From the NCBI RefSeq assembly GCF_964204645.1, contig NC_134026.1, positions 7,401,950 to 7,465,949 of the forward strand: a stretch of 64,000 bases of DNA, read 5' to 3'. Under the pieces are notes generated by a model that saw nothing but the letters and a program-made list of their open reading frames with translations, ran no database searches and had not been told where the DNA came from. Positions 23,995 through 37,700 of this stretch are shown piece by piece (within the stretch, counting starts at the first letter, position 1; every line of letters starts with the position of its first letter). Position numbers and translations under genes: made by a program. This DNA is from Tubulanus polymorphus. Taxonomy: Eukaryota > Animalia > Nemertea.

Positions 23995-24629
23995 TTCGAT
24001 AACTACGATTTTCCTTCTGAAAAAAAATTAATAACTCAAATTTGAATTCATGACTAAATCTGTTTGTTTTTGCTTTACTTGCTTCTGATCTTGGATTCTC
24101 AAGTTTAAACGTATTGGAGGATTTTTTGTGTGAAGATCAAATCTTTCTCATCCTTCAGATCTTTTCCTTCTTACGCTAGCAAAAGTTTAAGATCTTTATC
24201 TATCTTTAACGCTAGGCCTAGGAGGGATATGGATAAACCCTAGATAAACCCAGGCTGGATGCTTCTCTGTCTTGCCCTTTTTGGCGTCATGTAGGCTACT
24301 GATTGGATCGTTTAGGGGCAGGACCCAATGAGAGAGGAGATTGTTAATCAGTTTTGGGGTAGACTAAGGGTGCGAGGGGAGCTGTGTTGGATCTATTGGC
24401 CTGAGGCCACTTGACGAGCTGATGATGAGGATGATGGAGGGTGATTTGATTGATGCACGGTAATGTAAACCACAGGGGCTTGTCACAATTTGATGGAGGA
24501 TGGATGACACCAGTATCCCTACTATATAAAAATATATAGGGATACTGGTGTCATCCATCCTCCATCAATTTAAAATAGTGACAAGCCCGTGAGTGATGCA
24601 AACAACATAACATTTCAAAAACAGAAATC

Positions 24630-24795
24630 TTACCAACAATAAATAATGATTTGATGACACTGATAGTTTGTTGCATGTTGTGGGTTAGGTGTACAGCTCT
24701 GAGTCAGTTAGCTTTAGGAGTGTTTCAGTATTTACATCGTCGGCCCCGGTACAGCAGCAGCAGCAGCACACCTGTAGATGTGTCAATACTAGGTG
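24630..24795. promoter_or_regulatory. Putative bidirectional promoter / divergent non-coding first exons of JAK (-) and DCTN1 (+)
   Basis: A minus-strand donor GTAAGA (~24633) and a plus-strand donor GTGAGT (~24793) face outward about 160 bp apart. Both genes' ATG exons begin at strong acceptors (24016 minus, 25760 plus), so each needs an upstream exon. AP-1-like TGAGTCA near 24700. Confidence 0.6.
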
Positions 24796-25766
24796 AGTGT
24801 CGGGGTGAGCTACGTGTGAAACGCTTCTCTTCTGTTTAACCCTTTTACCTTTACTGAGAATAAACTGAACTGATTGATATTTGTGTAGTGGACGAACGAG
24901 GTATATTTAGCCAGATTTAAAGGCATGTCAGCTAGCTGAACGGGTAAATATGAACATTTATTACAACTAGGCAAACACAGCGTGAAATACAACACAGAAA
25001 TCGTGAATAAAACAGCGAGAAAAATAAGAAAATAGACATTTAATTTATTATCAATACAATTCAATTATGAGTTTATTGAGACAAATCTGTCAAATTGACG
25101 CGTTATTGTTGTAATTAGTTATGTGTGAGCAGTAATATGTTATGATAGACACACACATCATTATCCATTCGTCCTTGGACCTTGTAATAGTAAGAAGTTG
25201 GTTGGTGAGGAGGCAGAGGATGGATATCAAGAACGGTTGACTGAATCATCATCCACTCCTCGAGCCTCCACCCTTCCCTGTCTGTGTCGTGAAAAGGAAC
25301 CCACTCCATTGGTGAGGAGAAAATGGATATGAAGGGAGCAGAGGAGAGAGTTCTGCTGGGGAGGATGCGAGACATCCACTACAGTAGTATGGGCCTACTT
25401 GATAGGGCCTAGGAGATACCCGGTACCAAACATTGGCTCCCTTGGCCTTGCGAATTTTTTCCCGTGTGCTTACCACCTGGTTATCAACTGCTCAATACCA
25501 ATAGACCTTTAAGCTCAATACCAATAGACCTTTAAGCCCAGTAGCCCTGCAGACCAGCATCACTACAGCACTATTTTTACAAATGAATAAGTAATCAAGG
25601 GTTGACTCCATCATCCACTCCCTTCTCCATTCCTTCCTTCCCCGCTGCCACTCCCTCCTCCCTTCCCTCCCCCACTCCTCTGAATTAAAGATTATCCTAA
25701 AGGCCTAGGCCTAATTAGATCTAACTGCTTTTGTGAACGTTTTATGGTTATTTTTTCAGGTTAAAA

Positions 25767-28700
25767 ATGAGTGAGAAACCATTGAAGACTGGAACTCGAG
25801 TTGAGGTTGCTGGGAAAGGTGTTGTCGGTACAGTAGCATACGTCGGTACTACGCAGTTCTCTAGCGGTAAATATTACATCCTTCCAGCTTTCCCTCTCCC
25901 CCTTCTCTTCCTCTCTAGCTCCCTGTCCCAATCATTTCCCCTCCATGATCTCCCTGTCACTTCTCTTATCATTTTGTTTTTTCAGGTAAATGGATCGGTG
26001 TTGTTTTGGATGAAGCCAAAGGCAAAAATAACGGTACCGTTCAAAGCAAGAAATATTTCAATTGTGACGACAATCATGGAATATTTGTCAGACAGTCGCA
26101 GGTCAGTGTGAAAAACTAGCTTAATCCAGATTGTTTATTGGCCTACCCGGCTATGAACTTCAGAAATCAGAATCAGAAATCAAATCTTTATACATTCAAT
26201 ATGCGCAGTTCACTGTTGATAACAGATCACATCGCTTTTCTCTTTTGAGGGACCTGTTTTATATAAACTATTTCTTATTTTCTACTGACCCCTCCAAGTC
26301 TAATAAAGGCCTACTGTATTTTGTATTATGCTTATTGTACACTATGCTGTTAATTTTATTTGAAAATAAAGCGTTAATTCACATTCAAACGCGGTTCTGC
26401 AGCTGTGAGTTTACTGTCAGTTACAATCCGATGATTTTGAATCAGTTCATAACTCGTGTCAACTCCTAACTCATATCTGTGAAACTGGGTCCAGAAATTT
26501 TTCTCCACTATGAAAAGAAATTGGAAGAAAATTTAGTTTTTGAGTTGTCAAAATCAATGTAGCAGCCTAAAGGCCATTTCAATCTTTTACAGTTGATAAT
26601 TCTATCGGAGCCATCCTCCGATGCTGGAGCTACCCCGGCAAGGACTAACCTACCGGTGCTGCGCACACCGGCCCCAGTTAGCGGTGATCCGGAACAACAA
26701 CGTAAAAAACAAAACCGTCTATCAGGAATACGACCGCCATCTGGTGTTAAGAGTGAGTACTAATTCATTGCATTGATTGTTAATGTGTGTCAGTGAACTA
26801 ACAACACTCACTCACCAGTGCCTGCTACTGTCTCTTCAATGTATGAATGGTGTGTTATGTGCAGGGTCCTCGATCCCTTATTGACCATTACCCTAAAAAC
26901 AATCTCCCCTCTACAAATCCAAATGTACGCACTGTACATATTGACGCCATTTTAGTTAATATGGAATCTCTTATTTTGGTTGGTCAATTTCTGGGGGAGG
27001 GGGGCTGGTTCATTACAGAACATCAAATTAAACCACTGTAGACTCCGTCCGCTCAAGTCGGATTTTTGGGACTGTAGTAAAAATGTGTCTGACTTCAGTG
27101 ATAGTTGGAGGTTATGTATTTCGTAAATAGTTTCACAAAAAATATTCCTACAAATATTCAAGTTGATTGGATCTGACTCGAGCGGAGTCTACTGTAGGCC
27201 TAACATAAAGCCTGGTTTTAAGAGTAAAACCTGTTATTAGCCTCTACCACAGGATCCAGTTCCAACCACAGTTGTAAGTTTAGAGTTTAAATAGGCCTAT
27301 CATAGTTCATTCTATGAGATTAAGTCAAATCCTAACTCCTAACTCAAAACTGTGGAACTGGATTCTAAACTGTCTCTGTATCTGTCCACTGTGTTGATGT
27401 TGTTTTTGTATGTGGGATTTTTCGTTCATCAATAATTATTTCTATTGATGAAAAAATCGAATGTTTGTAGAGAAGGAATCGAAATGGGATCGAAAATTCA
27501 GAAGTAAGTTTTTACAAGCACCGAACATTTTAGCTTCGCACTATGTCTCTTACAGTCCCGTCAAGCTGTGGTTCTTATTGAACAGTGTCACTGCTTGTAA
27601 ACAAGTGACATCTACTGGTTCAATAATGAACTACTCTGTTCAGTAAAAACCACGTTGCGCGTTGTGTTTACACAGCAGCAAATGATTAGAAAAAAAAACG
27701 AATCAATTTTTTCACTCGATTTTTTATCAGCATTAATCAATTGTTTATGATTAAATTTGCACATTTTGATTTTAAACGATTTTTAAATCTGCTTCATCCA
27801 TAGCAAATTTATACTCAATCTTATTGATTTATTATACGTAAAAAGCTATATCAAAAATATTGTATGCAAAAATAAGTTACGTTTTATATATAAGATATTT
27901 ATAGGTATTTTTAAAGCTATTAAAGCATGTAATTGCTGACTAGTCAGTATTGTCATTGAGGTCTTGAGTTACAAATTTGGAATTCAAAGGTTATAAATTT
28001 TCCTCATATTACCTATATGAAGTTATGACCAGTGAGTGTAGTACTCTGATTGACCCGTCCCTGCCCTGCCCTGTATTATAGCATGGATTCCAGCTGCTGC
28101 ACGGCATGCGATGTGTGATATTGAAACTGCTCCAGGGCTCCTCACACCGGTCTGTGTTCCATGTTTAAACAATGCCACAGCACGAAATTTACTGATGATA
28201 TTGAAACTGAGATGAGACTTTTATTTCTTCCACTGATATCTGAAAATGTGGAATTTGATTGAAGTAATGTTTGATGATATGAGGCGCTGGGGAGTGGGAG
28301 GGGAAGGGGGGTTGAAGGGGGGTCATGTTTACTGTGATAGTGTTATATACTAACATCAATACCTCAGTGTTTATCGTACCCTGAAGTGAGATAAACCATG
28401 TCACCTCACCTTCCACAGGTCACTTCTATCTGAACTTCTAGCTGAATTCTTCAATCATTGATGCTTATATTTGATATCATTTAATGTTTTTGATATAAGT
28501 CGCCCTAGTCAAAGTAGGATCTAGGATTACTTTACTTTTATTTTACAAAATTTTGATCGTGAATCATGAAACAGAATAAGCGTGATTTCCAAAAAGTTTT
28601 GACGGGGTATCCTAGATATTCTAGGTTGGGAGGTCGAACGCGCCCTTGCCAATAAACCAGCTAACTGAGGACCTGGTTTCACAGTTCAAAGTGAAATCTT

Positions 28701-31700
28701 AGCAAACATTTGAAGAAACCTTATTTCAGAAAAGAAAAATTCCATAAAACTTTTGTTGTCATAAGTATGTTTTCGATAAATGAGATATATTTCTAGGAAA
28801 CTGCTATGAGTTAAACACGTGTTTCATAATGCGAGCATCCATTGATGTATAGTTTTATAGTTTTTATGAGTTCATGTTAAGATATTAGCTACATGTTAAT
28901 ACTGTTTGTTAACTGTCTGTATTTGATGTTGTGACTTGGTGATGTTCAGTAGGGAGTTAGTAGGTTGAGACACGCTTTTCCCTTTCATTTGTATTCTCAG
29001 AATCTTTCCGATTTTATGCTAAACAGTGCTCCAGTATAGGCCTATGTTTTTCAGGTATAGCGATACAAGACAAGTCGCGATCAAAGAGTTGATTCGCAAA
29101 GTATAAAATTTGGAAATGTTGCACTTTTGAACGATTTAAGACTGAAAATCAGGGTGGCTGTTTGCCTGGAAATCTGGGAAAAGTCAGGGAATTTGTTTTT
29201 ATTTCAAATAATCAGGGAATAGTTAGGGAATTTTGTAATTATGGAAAAAATCAGTGAAAAATCAAGAAATTTGTCGAGATTGCTAGATCGCGCGTTGAGA
29301 CTCAAACAGTTTCCGTCTATGTTGTGCGTATTTGACTGGGTTTTATTGATTGGATTCTTAGCAGATCAAGTCAGGGAAAACGACGTACGTACATGTCAGG
29401 GAATAGTCAGGGAAATGCCAGGGGTGAAGCAGGTCGAATGAAAGTGGCCACCCCGAAAATATCTTTGTCAGGACTTAGATTTAAGACTGATTTGCAGGAC
29501 AGGGTTGGTTGATTATTTGTGTATATTCCTCTCCAAATTCTGGTTTTGTCTATAATTCAGTATGGTTGGGGCTCTTCATTGGGGCGAACTCTGAATGAAA
29601 AGTTTACACTAAGTTTCAATTAGATGAGGATCCAGTTCCACAGTTCTGAGTTAAGATTTGACTCTTAGAGTCAACTCATTGAAAATTTACTGATTTTCAT
29701 TCTAGAGTTAACTCTTACTCACAACTGTGGAACCGGGTCCATGTTGATCGATCGCTTATCGATATCAGGATATATTCGGGCTTCTTGTCTTGTCAGGATT
29801 ACTTTTTACAATATGGCTATGTAAAACTAGAAAGGCAAATTCAGTCAAAAATTTAAACTTATTTGATATTCAAGCTGCCCGCATTTTACACTTGCTCAGG
29901 GTTACTTACACTATTAGAAAAAATCTTGTAAATTTACTAAAAAATCCTGGCAGCAAAGTTGACTAGCAAAAGTTGTAAAATTACATGCACTTGTAACCAG
30001 TACAATAACTTGTAATACTACAAGATTCAATTGTAGAAATACAACTTTTCCCAGTCAACTTTGCTGCCAGGAATTTTCAGTAAATTTACAAGATTTCATT
30101 TCATTTCACAAGACAAATATGTAAAAACAATAACAACAGATTTTACATGTAACAATATAACATAGATGATTTATTCTTAGAAAATACTCCTAAAGTTTAA
30201 ATTTGAATTAATTCTTCTACGAAACCAAAAAAGCTGTCATACATACTCAATGTATAAACAAACAAGTAACATTTCATGGTAGAACTTCAAATATTTACAT
30301 GTCCGTATTTCAGATTCTTGTTAGACATCAATGTCCCAAATTGGTTACTTTTAACACATGTACAGTGTAACCACGTCACAACCTTGTATGATTACCCAAT
30401 GTTTTAAGAAACACTGGTATAATGAACACTAGAAAATCCTGACAATCCTGCCTGACCAAAGAGAAAATTCACAAACCGCATATGAACTATTAAATTCATT
30501 GTTCTGGGAGGTTTCGTTGCAACAAGATTTTCATTTAACAAGTTCTCATTACATTCAAAGATATTAAAAATCTTTGTCATGATTTTAAAAAAATAATTGT
30601 TTTGCCACTCTCTCAAATTATTTTAGCTTGCACAAAGGAAAGACAAATTGAAAAACAGTTAACAAGTTCACTGCTGCCCAAAACGACTTAGTTAGACCAG
30701 CTTTCATCTATGTGACACAACTTAGTTTAGATTACTTGTACATGAACTTAATCTATATGTCCTTACATGTAATCATAGTTATAATCAATCGAAAATGATA
30801 CGAATTAAGATCTACTTCACATGAATTAATGAAAAACGAGTGACTAAATTTAAGTCAAAACTTTTGACGCACTCATATCCACATTTTCAAAGAAAATTGT
30901 CAAAAATTTGAGCAGATGAATGTTTTGAACAATGATGTCAAAACATAATACAATCAAAAGAGATTTTATGAGAAAATAAAACTCTTTAACAGAGAAGAAC
31001 AAGTTCAAAATTATCTAATACACATCATAGAATTTTAACCTGACTTAACTTAAAGCTCCTCTGGCATGGTTCTCACACTTACAAGAATTAAAAATTCCCA
31101 AGTTTTTCCCTGTACTGTGGGAACCATGCTCTAGTGGAGTGTCAAGCGTCAGACGCGACGAAATCTAATATAAGAAATGAAAATCACATTCCACATAAAA
31201 CATTTCATAAACTTTTGAAACTCTTAACACCATATATAATAAAAGTTAATATTTGATATTAAAACAAAAATCTTTAAACTTTAAAATCAAAAGATTATGA
31301 ATTCACTTGAATTCCGACCATACAAGTGCATCAATTAATGGATGAGACCAGTTTCCTGCCATATTTTATATGCTTATATAAATGTACTATTAATTAATTA
31401 TGCAAGGTTTACAAGTGGTTACTCTAAATGCCCCAATCTGAATCCATTTCCTTCAAGTCGTTCACGAGTCTAATTATCCTTGGGTCCACTGAATACTTGC
31501 GTTTCTTCAACGATTTTGAACCTTTGTCAGGGTTTATATTCATGACACACCTGTAAGAAAAAAAGGGTAAGTATCAACCTTTAATCTTTCTAAAAAATTG
31601 TCTCACCTAGGAGATTACAAGTCTGCAACTAATGCATAATAGCTTCATCGGGATAATGAGTCTCATAACTAAAGTGCTTGTAATCATATGAAATCAATTT

Positions 31701-34700
31701 ACTTATAAATATTTAGTACTTCTCATCTTAACACTTTTGACTTGAATTTTGGTCCTTTATAGTTCTGATATCGCATGGGAAAACTGAAAAAATTAATCAA
31801 AACTTAGTAAGATTCTCCACTAAGGCACTAGATAAAATATGATCGTCTTCATAAGCTAGGGGTCCAGGGACACCATGTCCACTCGGGAAGTGGTTTGAAA
31901 TGCCGAACAAACAGAAAATTTCAATATTCAACGCCCCATGATGGTTGGACCATGACATATGCCTACAAGTTCTAAAAGGACTAATGACCTTGAAACTCAA
32001 CATATACAACATGTCATAAGCTACAACTTTGTAATTGATTGTGGTTAGAAAATATTCATAGGTACCAATATAAATAGGCAAATTGTATATAATTCAATAT
32101 TCAACGCCCCCTGGTGTGGTGGCGAGAGAGTAGAGTTGGTGGTAGCCACGGCAATTTTTTGGGCCTCATTCTTTAACAAGAACTGTTTTATCAAATATAT
32201 AGAGAATTCAACTAAACTTGTTATCACAACATAGGCCTACATCATATACTTACACTGAGGTTGCTCGATCTATCCTTATTTAATCCAAACGAATGCTAAT
32301 TCGATCCACTTCACGTTTCCACTTCCACGCTTACCACGCTTTCCAACAGGTGTTTATTCAACGACAGTAGCGAGAGTAAGGTTACTCACTGTGATGTTCG
32401 AGTCCCGTAAATAGACGTTCAATATCATTACGTTCGAATCCCAAAATTCATTCAGTATCGTTGTGAGGTTCGAATCCCATGATTAATTCACAGATGTATA
32501 TTAATCAATTACACTACAATCTTTTTTAAAAACCCTCTGTGGCTTTGTATCAAACCATTAAAAATTATTTCTTAAGTAATGGCTCATGGTACCTTAGCCA
32601 ACACTTGGCCAGTAATCAGTAATGTAACATAACAAGGATTTCTTGTAGATTTACAGAGAATAACAGCATAAACTGTAATTGTCAAATACTATTTTGTAAA
32701 TTGACAGCGTGATTGTAAATTTTACATAAATTATGTACATTACAAGATATCTTGTTACAATTTTGCTGTAAAATTGCAGTTATTTTTAACAGTGTACGCC
32801 ATAAACTAGCTAGTAGGGATTCATCTCTGGCGAGTGAGTAAACAATCAAAACCATAATAATTAAGAGTAAATAAGACAAACACTTCAATTTTATTTGCTC
32901 CAAAAATGAATATATATATATATATATATGTATTTTTTCAGTTAGATAATATTATTGTGTTGCTATAGTTTTGTATCGGTGAGGTGTAAATGAGGAGTTT
33001 GAGGTGCTCAGTTCACTTACAAAGAATTCATTTAACATCATAAACTATTCGTTAACTATTTGTTAATCAACTACATATTTCTAATTAATACAATAATTCA
33101 CAGCACTCGTTATCATGATAATCAATTAACATGTTATTCATTTGTTACATTTCAAAACTTGTTGCCTGTTTTTTCATTCCAACATTTTTTCCAATTTAGT
33201 TAAAATTTTATTCTTGATTTTTCCGCTTGATTCATAATTGAATTTGGAAATGAGAAAAATAATTTTGAACATATAATTAATTAGATTTCAATCACAGTCT
33301 CTAAATCAGCTATTTACATTAATCTATTTTAGCCCTACCCCCTCGAGGAGAGCAGCACTATCCCCTCTCTCCCCTCCCCCTAAACTACCTGAGAGAAAAC
33401 ATATCTGTCTTCTATATCTATTTACAATTTTGTGAATTCTTCTGAATATCTTTTGGAAACTTTCTACTTTCTAACAACAAAATTATGACTATTTGAAGAA
33501 ACTTTTCTGATTCATTACGTATGTTGTAAATGTGGTTCTAATTATTGTTATTACATCGTCATAAAAATGCCCGATATTTTGGGGGATTTTTATTATATAT
33601 ATATGTTTTGCATAAAGGGCCATTCAAAAAGTACCTAATAGCGGCGGACCAGTTGAACAGTCTGGACTTATATAACTTCGAAAGTGGTTTTTAAACTCAA
33701 AACTGGTCTTTTGTTCATAGAATGAAATAAGCTGAGTTTTGTCATTGGTTATAGAACCAAGATTAGCCTTGACTGGTCTAAAGTTGTTAGATTGGTTGTA
33801 TAACCAAAATGAGCTTAGGATGGTCTGAAGTTGTTACATTGGCTATAGAACCAAAATGAGCTTATAGACTGGTCTTAAGTTGTTACATTGGCTATAGAAC
33901 CAAAATGAGCTTAGGATGGTCTGAAGTTGTTACATTGGCTATAGAACCAAAATGAGCTTATAATAGACTGGTCTTAAGTTGTTAGATTGGTTATAGAACC
34001 AAAATGAGCTGAAGACAGGTCTTAAATCTGAGTCATGACTGTGTAACTGGCCCTTGTGCTTAACACAGAAATTCAACCCCTCATGTCCGCAATTAGAAGC
34101 AATATATGCAGAGGGAGTAACCACCAATTTCATACCCCCCTCTCCCCCTCTCTTTCCCTCTTCCCATAGATACGTATGTACTTTACGAATGGCCGATATA
34201 ATTTCCTCTCTAGTTTAGATTTTAGAAGAATATTTCCTCGGTTGGAATTTCACAGATGAAATGATTATCGATATGACACGGTTGATCGTTCCAACGATAG
34301 CCGTATTTTTTCTCCAACTCTAAACAGTGTTCTTGTCCTTTCATGTTGTCCGGTTGGCCGTGGTACCAGTTCCAGTATCTGATCGGCTCTCCGGTCTGCA
34401 CCCAGCGCCATTCGCCTTCCTTCGCGAAATCGTTCCCTCCGATCCAAAAACCGCGATTGAACTTATTCGCGCCTGAAATATAGATATTTTTATCGATATT
34501 TTATCAAACTTGTCTGAAGAAGAATATTCTCAATACTTTTACCTGATTGAGATAATTTCGATTTGCGATTGATAGAACACTATATCCGTGTTGACGCGAT
34601 GTAGAGAGAATCCCACAATGATATGAAAAAGTCAGAAAATGTACAATTATTCCTGAAGATGATTATTAGGATATAGTCGAAACGTTGAAATAAAAGTACT

Positions 34701-37700
34701 ATCTCTTGTTACATTTTCGGACTTTTTGTTATCATTGTGGGATTCTCTCTACAATTTCGATTGGATTTGTTTTCGAGTAAAGGTGATAAGAATTTTTTTT
34801 TAAACTTAAATTTTCAGTAAACAGGAGTTTTTTAGATCGACTACACAGCTACTGGGTACAATTTAACAACTGTTCTCATCGGTGCCAAATGGGCCCATGC
34901 TTGTTTGGCCCAACCCAAAAAGTCAGCGTTCAGCACAAAACAAATGATTGCATTTGAATTGCGACTGGCTCCGGAATAGAGCGAGTGGTTTACATGTGAA
35001 CGCACTCTCTAATTAGGCACGGGCCAAATTTGACTCGGGCCTGATCGGTGCCAATTTGGCCCGGTCCAAAATTTCTCGATCGCGGCTTCCATAGAACGTG
35101 GAGAAAAGCAAAAGAAAAAAATAAATGACACACAGAATGAACTGTAAAATAAGTGCCTAAAAAGAAAGAAACTAAACTAATATATTAGTGAAGATAAGTG
35201 AAGATACATTCCTAGGTGAACCATAATATAGTAATGTCGAGGAAGGTTATTATCATAAAGTTTGAATTGTATACTGATTAATTTAGCAAGATCCTGAAAT
35301 TATGATGATGATATTTGTCATCAATAAGATTTAGGTTGATATGGATGATGGTGGGCGACTCGGAGACCGACAGAAAGACAGACGGACAGACAGACAGACA
35401 GATTGAAACTTACGCTTATTTTTGCGAATATACCCGACGATGAATCTGTTCTCCTGCCAGTATTCGATGCTGATTAGATTCGCCCTCATCACCTGACAAT
35501 ACGCCTGAGCTTCTAACCACGACGCTTTATAATTACTGAATTTATAACACGACCGCTGCCATTTCATAAATCCGTCCGGACATTTCAACTCCTGTCCGCT
35601 GTATTCTACAAATATATAAATTACATTATCAATTACTAATCGAGCTTGCGGTCTCGTGACTCTTTGATTACTTCATTAATTCATTTTTAGGAGTTGATCA
35701 TTTTTGCGAAATTGGGTCGGAGTTCGTTAACGCACAAAAATATTAAATCTTAGATCGATTCAATTTCGTCATTAATTCATTATGAATAAATATAAACTTT
35801 ATTGTCAAAGTAAAATACTTTTATGACAAGTACATAATTAACAAAATTTAGTATATTAATTCATTATAACCTATATTGAATTAATTTATGAGTTAATTCG
35901 TTTCGTAAAACTGGATCCAGTTCCGCCGTGGTTCTCAGTTAGGTTTGAGACTGTGGTTGAAATTAATTAATTAGCAATATTTCAGTAAATTCTCATATGT
36001 GGAACTATGGAACTGGGTCCAAAACTCCTGTGTTACAGTGAAACTCGCTTGAAGTTGTTGTAGTGGTTGGTTATATTGATGACATATATACAAATGACGA
36101 CTTTAAATTAGAAATACAATATCTAAAAAAAAATAGAGACAACTTAATGTAGTAATTGATGTGATGACTTAAAATGTTTGTCGGGTTCAGTTACTGTAGA
36201 TGGGACAACTTTTAATTTAGTTATAGCATTTTAATGTGATGACTATGTGCTTATCTTATGGGCTTGACCAAATTCGTATTTAATACCCAATGTTTTGAAT
36301 TAAAACTGTTGGACCAGGTCCTGGTTTTACAAAGAAAAACTAAAAACAAATTTTGTTTCCTGTGAAATACGTGCATAGTCCCGACAATTCATAACACAAA
36401 GAGAACTCTTTGCGTTCCTAAAACAAATGTTTTCTTTTTAAAGAATATTTGTTGAATTGTAGACTTATTAACCCTCTTGCTTTATTTACAGTTAAACATT
36501 TTTTTGTTACTGTGTAGGAATTCTTCATAACATAAAGGATAAATTAACATTAACAGTTTTGCCGCTTTTGTCATCAATCAAAATACAGTGCAACTTACTC
36601 AACACTAACTAACACAGAGAGAGAGAGGAACAACGTATTAAAAGCTTTTGAAAGAAAAGCACTCAAAACTGAGCTGTAAAAATGGTTTCGAATGTTTGAT
36701 TTTAGCGTTCGTTAGTGAGACCTGTTACAACAGCGCGCGTGGGGGGTAATATAACGAGACGCATACGAACAGCTGACCCCCCTCTCTCCCCCCCGCCCTC
36801 CCCCACCCCCTTTTCTAATGGATCGTTTTTATACATCACTTAAACACTCGGTATTTATGGATTAGAGACTGATTAGTAAAAGTTATGTTTTGACTTTCGG
36901 CTTCGGATTCCTAACGGGAAACCTTTTTACCGAGCCAAATATTGGTATTAAAATGCGGAATCGCCGAGTTTTGTTTTACCAACCAGCCCAGTACATCGAC
37001 CGGGTACGGATAAGTCACAGTTCGTGGCCGACATTTCGATTTTTTGTCGAAATCTGAAAATTGTTGTGAAATATTTTCGTGAGATTCGTGAGAAGATTGA
37101 GATCTCGAGATCTCTTATAACGATTCGAATCGCGGAATTGAAATCTAAGACAAGTGTCAATTGACTTTGTTTGTTTGTGAAATCGATGAATCATATTTCG
37201 TGCGCGTTCGTTGAGCTTCAGTGTCGTCACTGTCTCATACTTAACTCCCCATGTTTTTATATGTTTTAAAACGCTTGAAAATCTACGCTTCATTTTTACC
37301 TACAAAAAAACCGTGCGACTCTCGCTTAAGTTGTCATTGTAATGAATATCATTATGCTGAAGACTTATCCAAATGAAGACTTACAGTGCACTTAGGAAAT
37401 TGAATTAGAAATTCAAGTTAGACTCAAAATGATGATTTTAGAAATGTGACCAATAACTGAATGACAACTTTTTACCAAAAGTTTTGATCATATTTGATTT
37501 CGCAATATTTTTTGACTAATCTTCAGCTGGAACTGAATATATTTCAGCTTCACCTATCCCCAATATCTGACTGACCAAAACACTGACTGACAGACCAATA
37601 CTGCTCCACTGACTGACTGACCAATACTGCTGCACTGACTGACTGACCAATACTGCTCCACTGACTGACCGACTGATTAGGACGCCCTTACTGATCAACT

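Noticed and set aside
26010-26045. GKNNG instead of GKNDG in the CAP-Gly motif as a loss-of-function sign
   Set aside because: Variation at this position is, to my knowledge, common in invertebrate p150 proteins.
28193-28215. Hammerhead core CTGATGA...GAAA
   Set aside because: Only 4 nt separate the cores, so no stem II can form.
35214-35292. Extra lectin exon after a tttcag acceptor
   Set aside because: It introduces an immediate stop in the required phase, and the lectin domain is complete without it.
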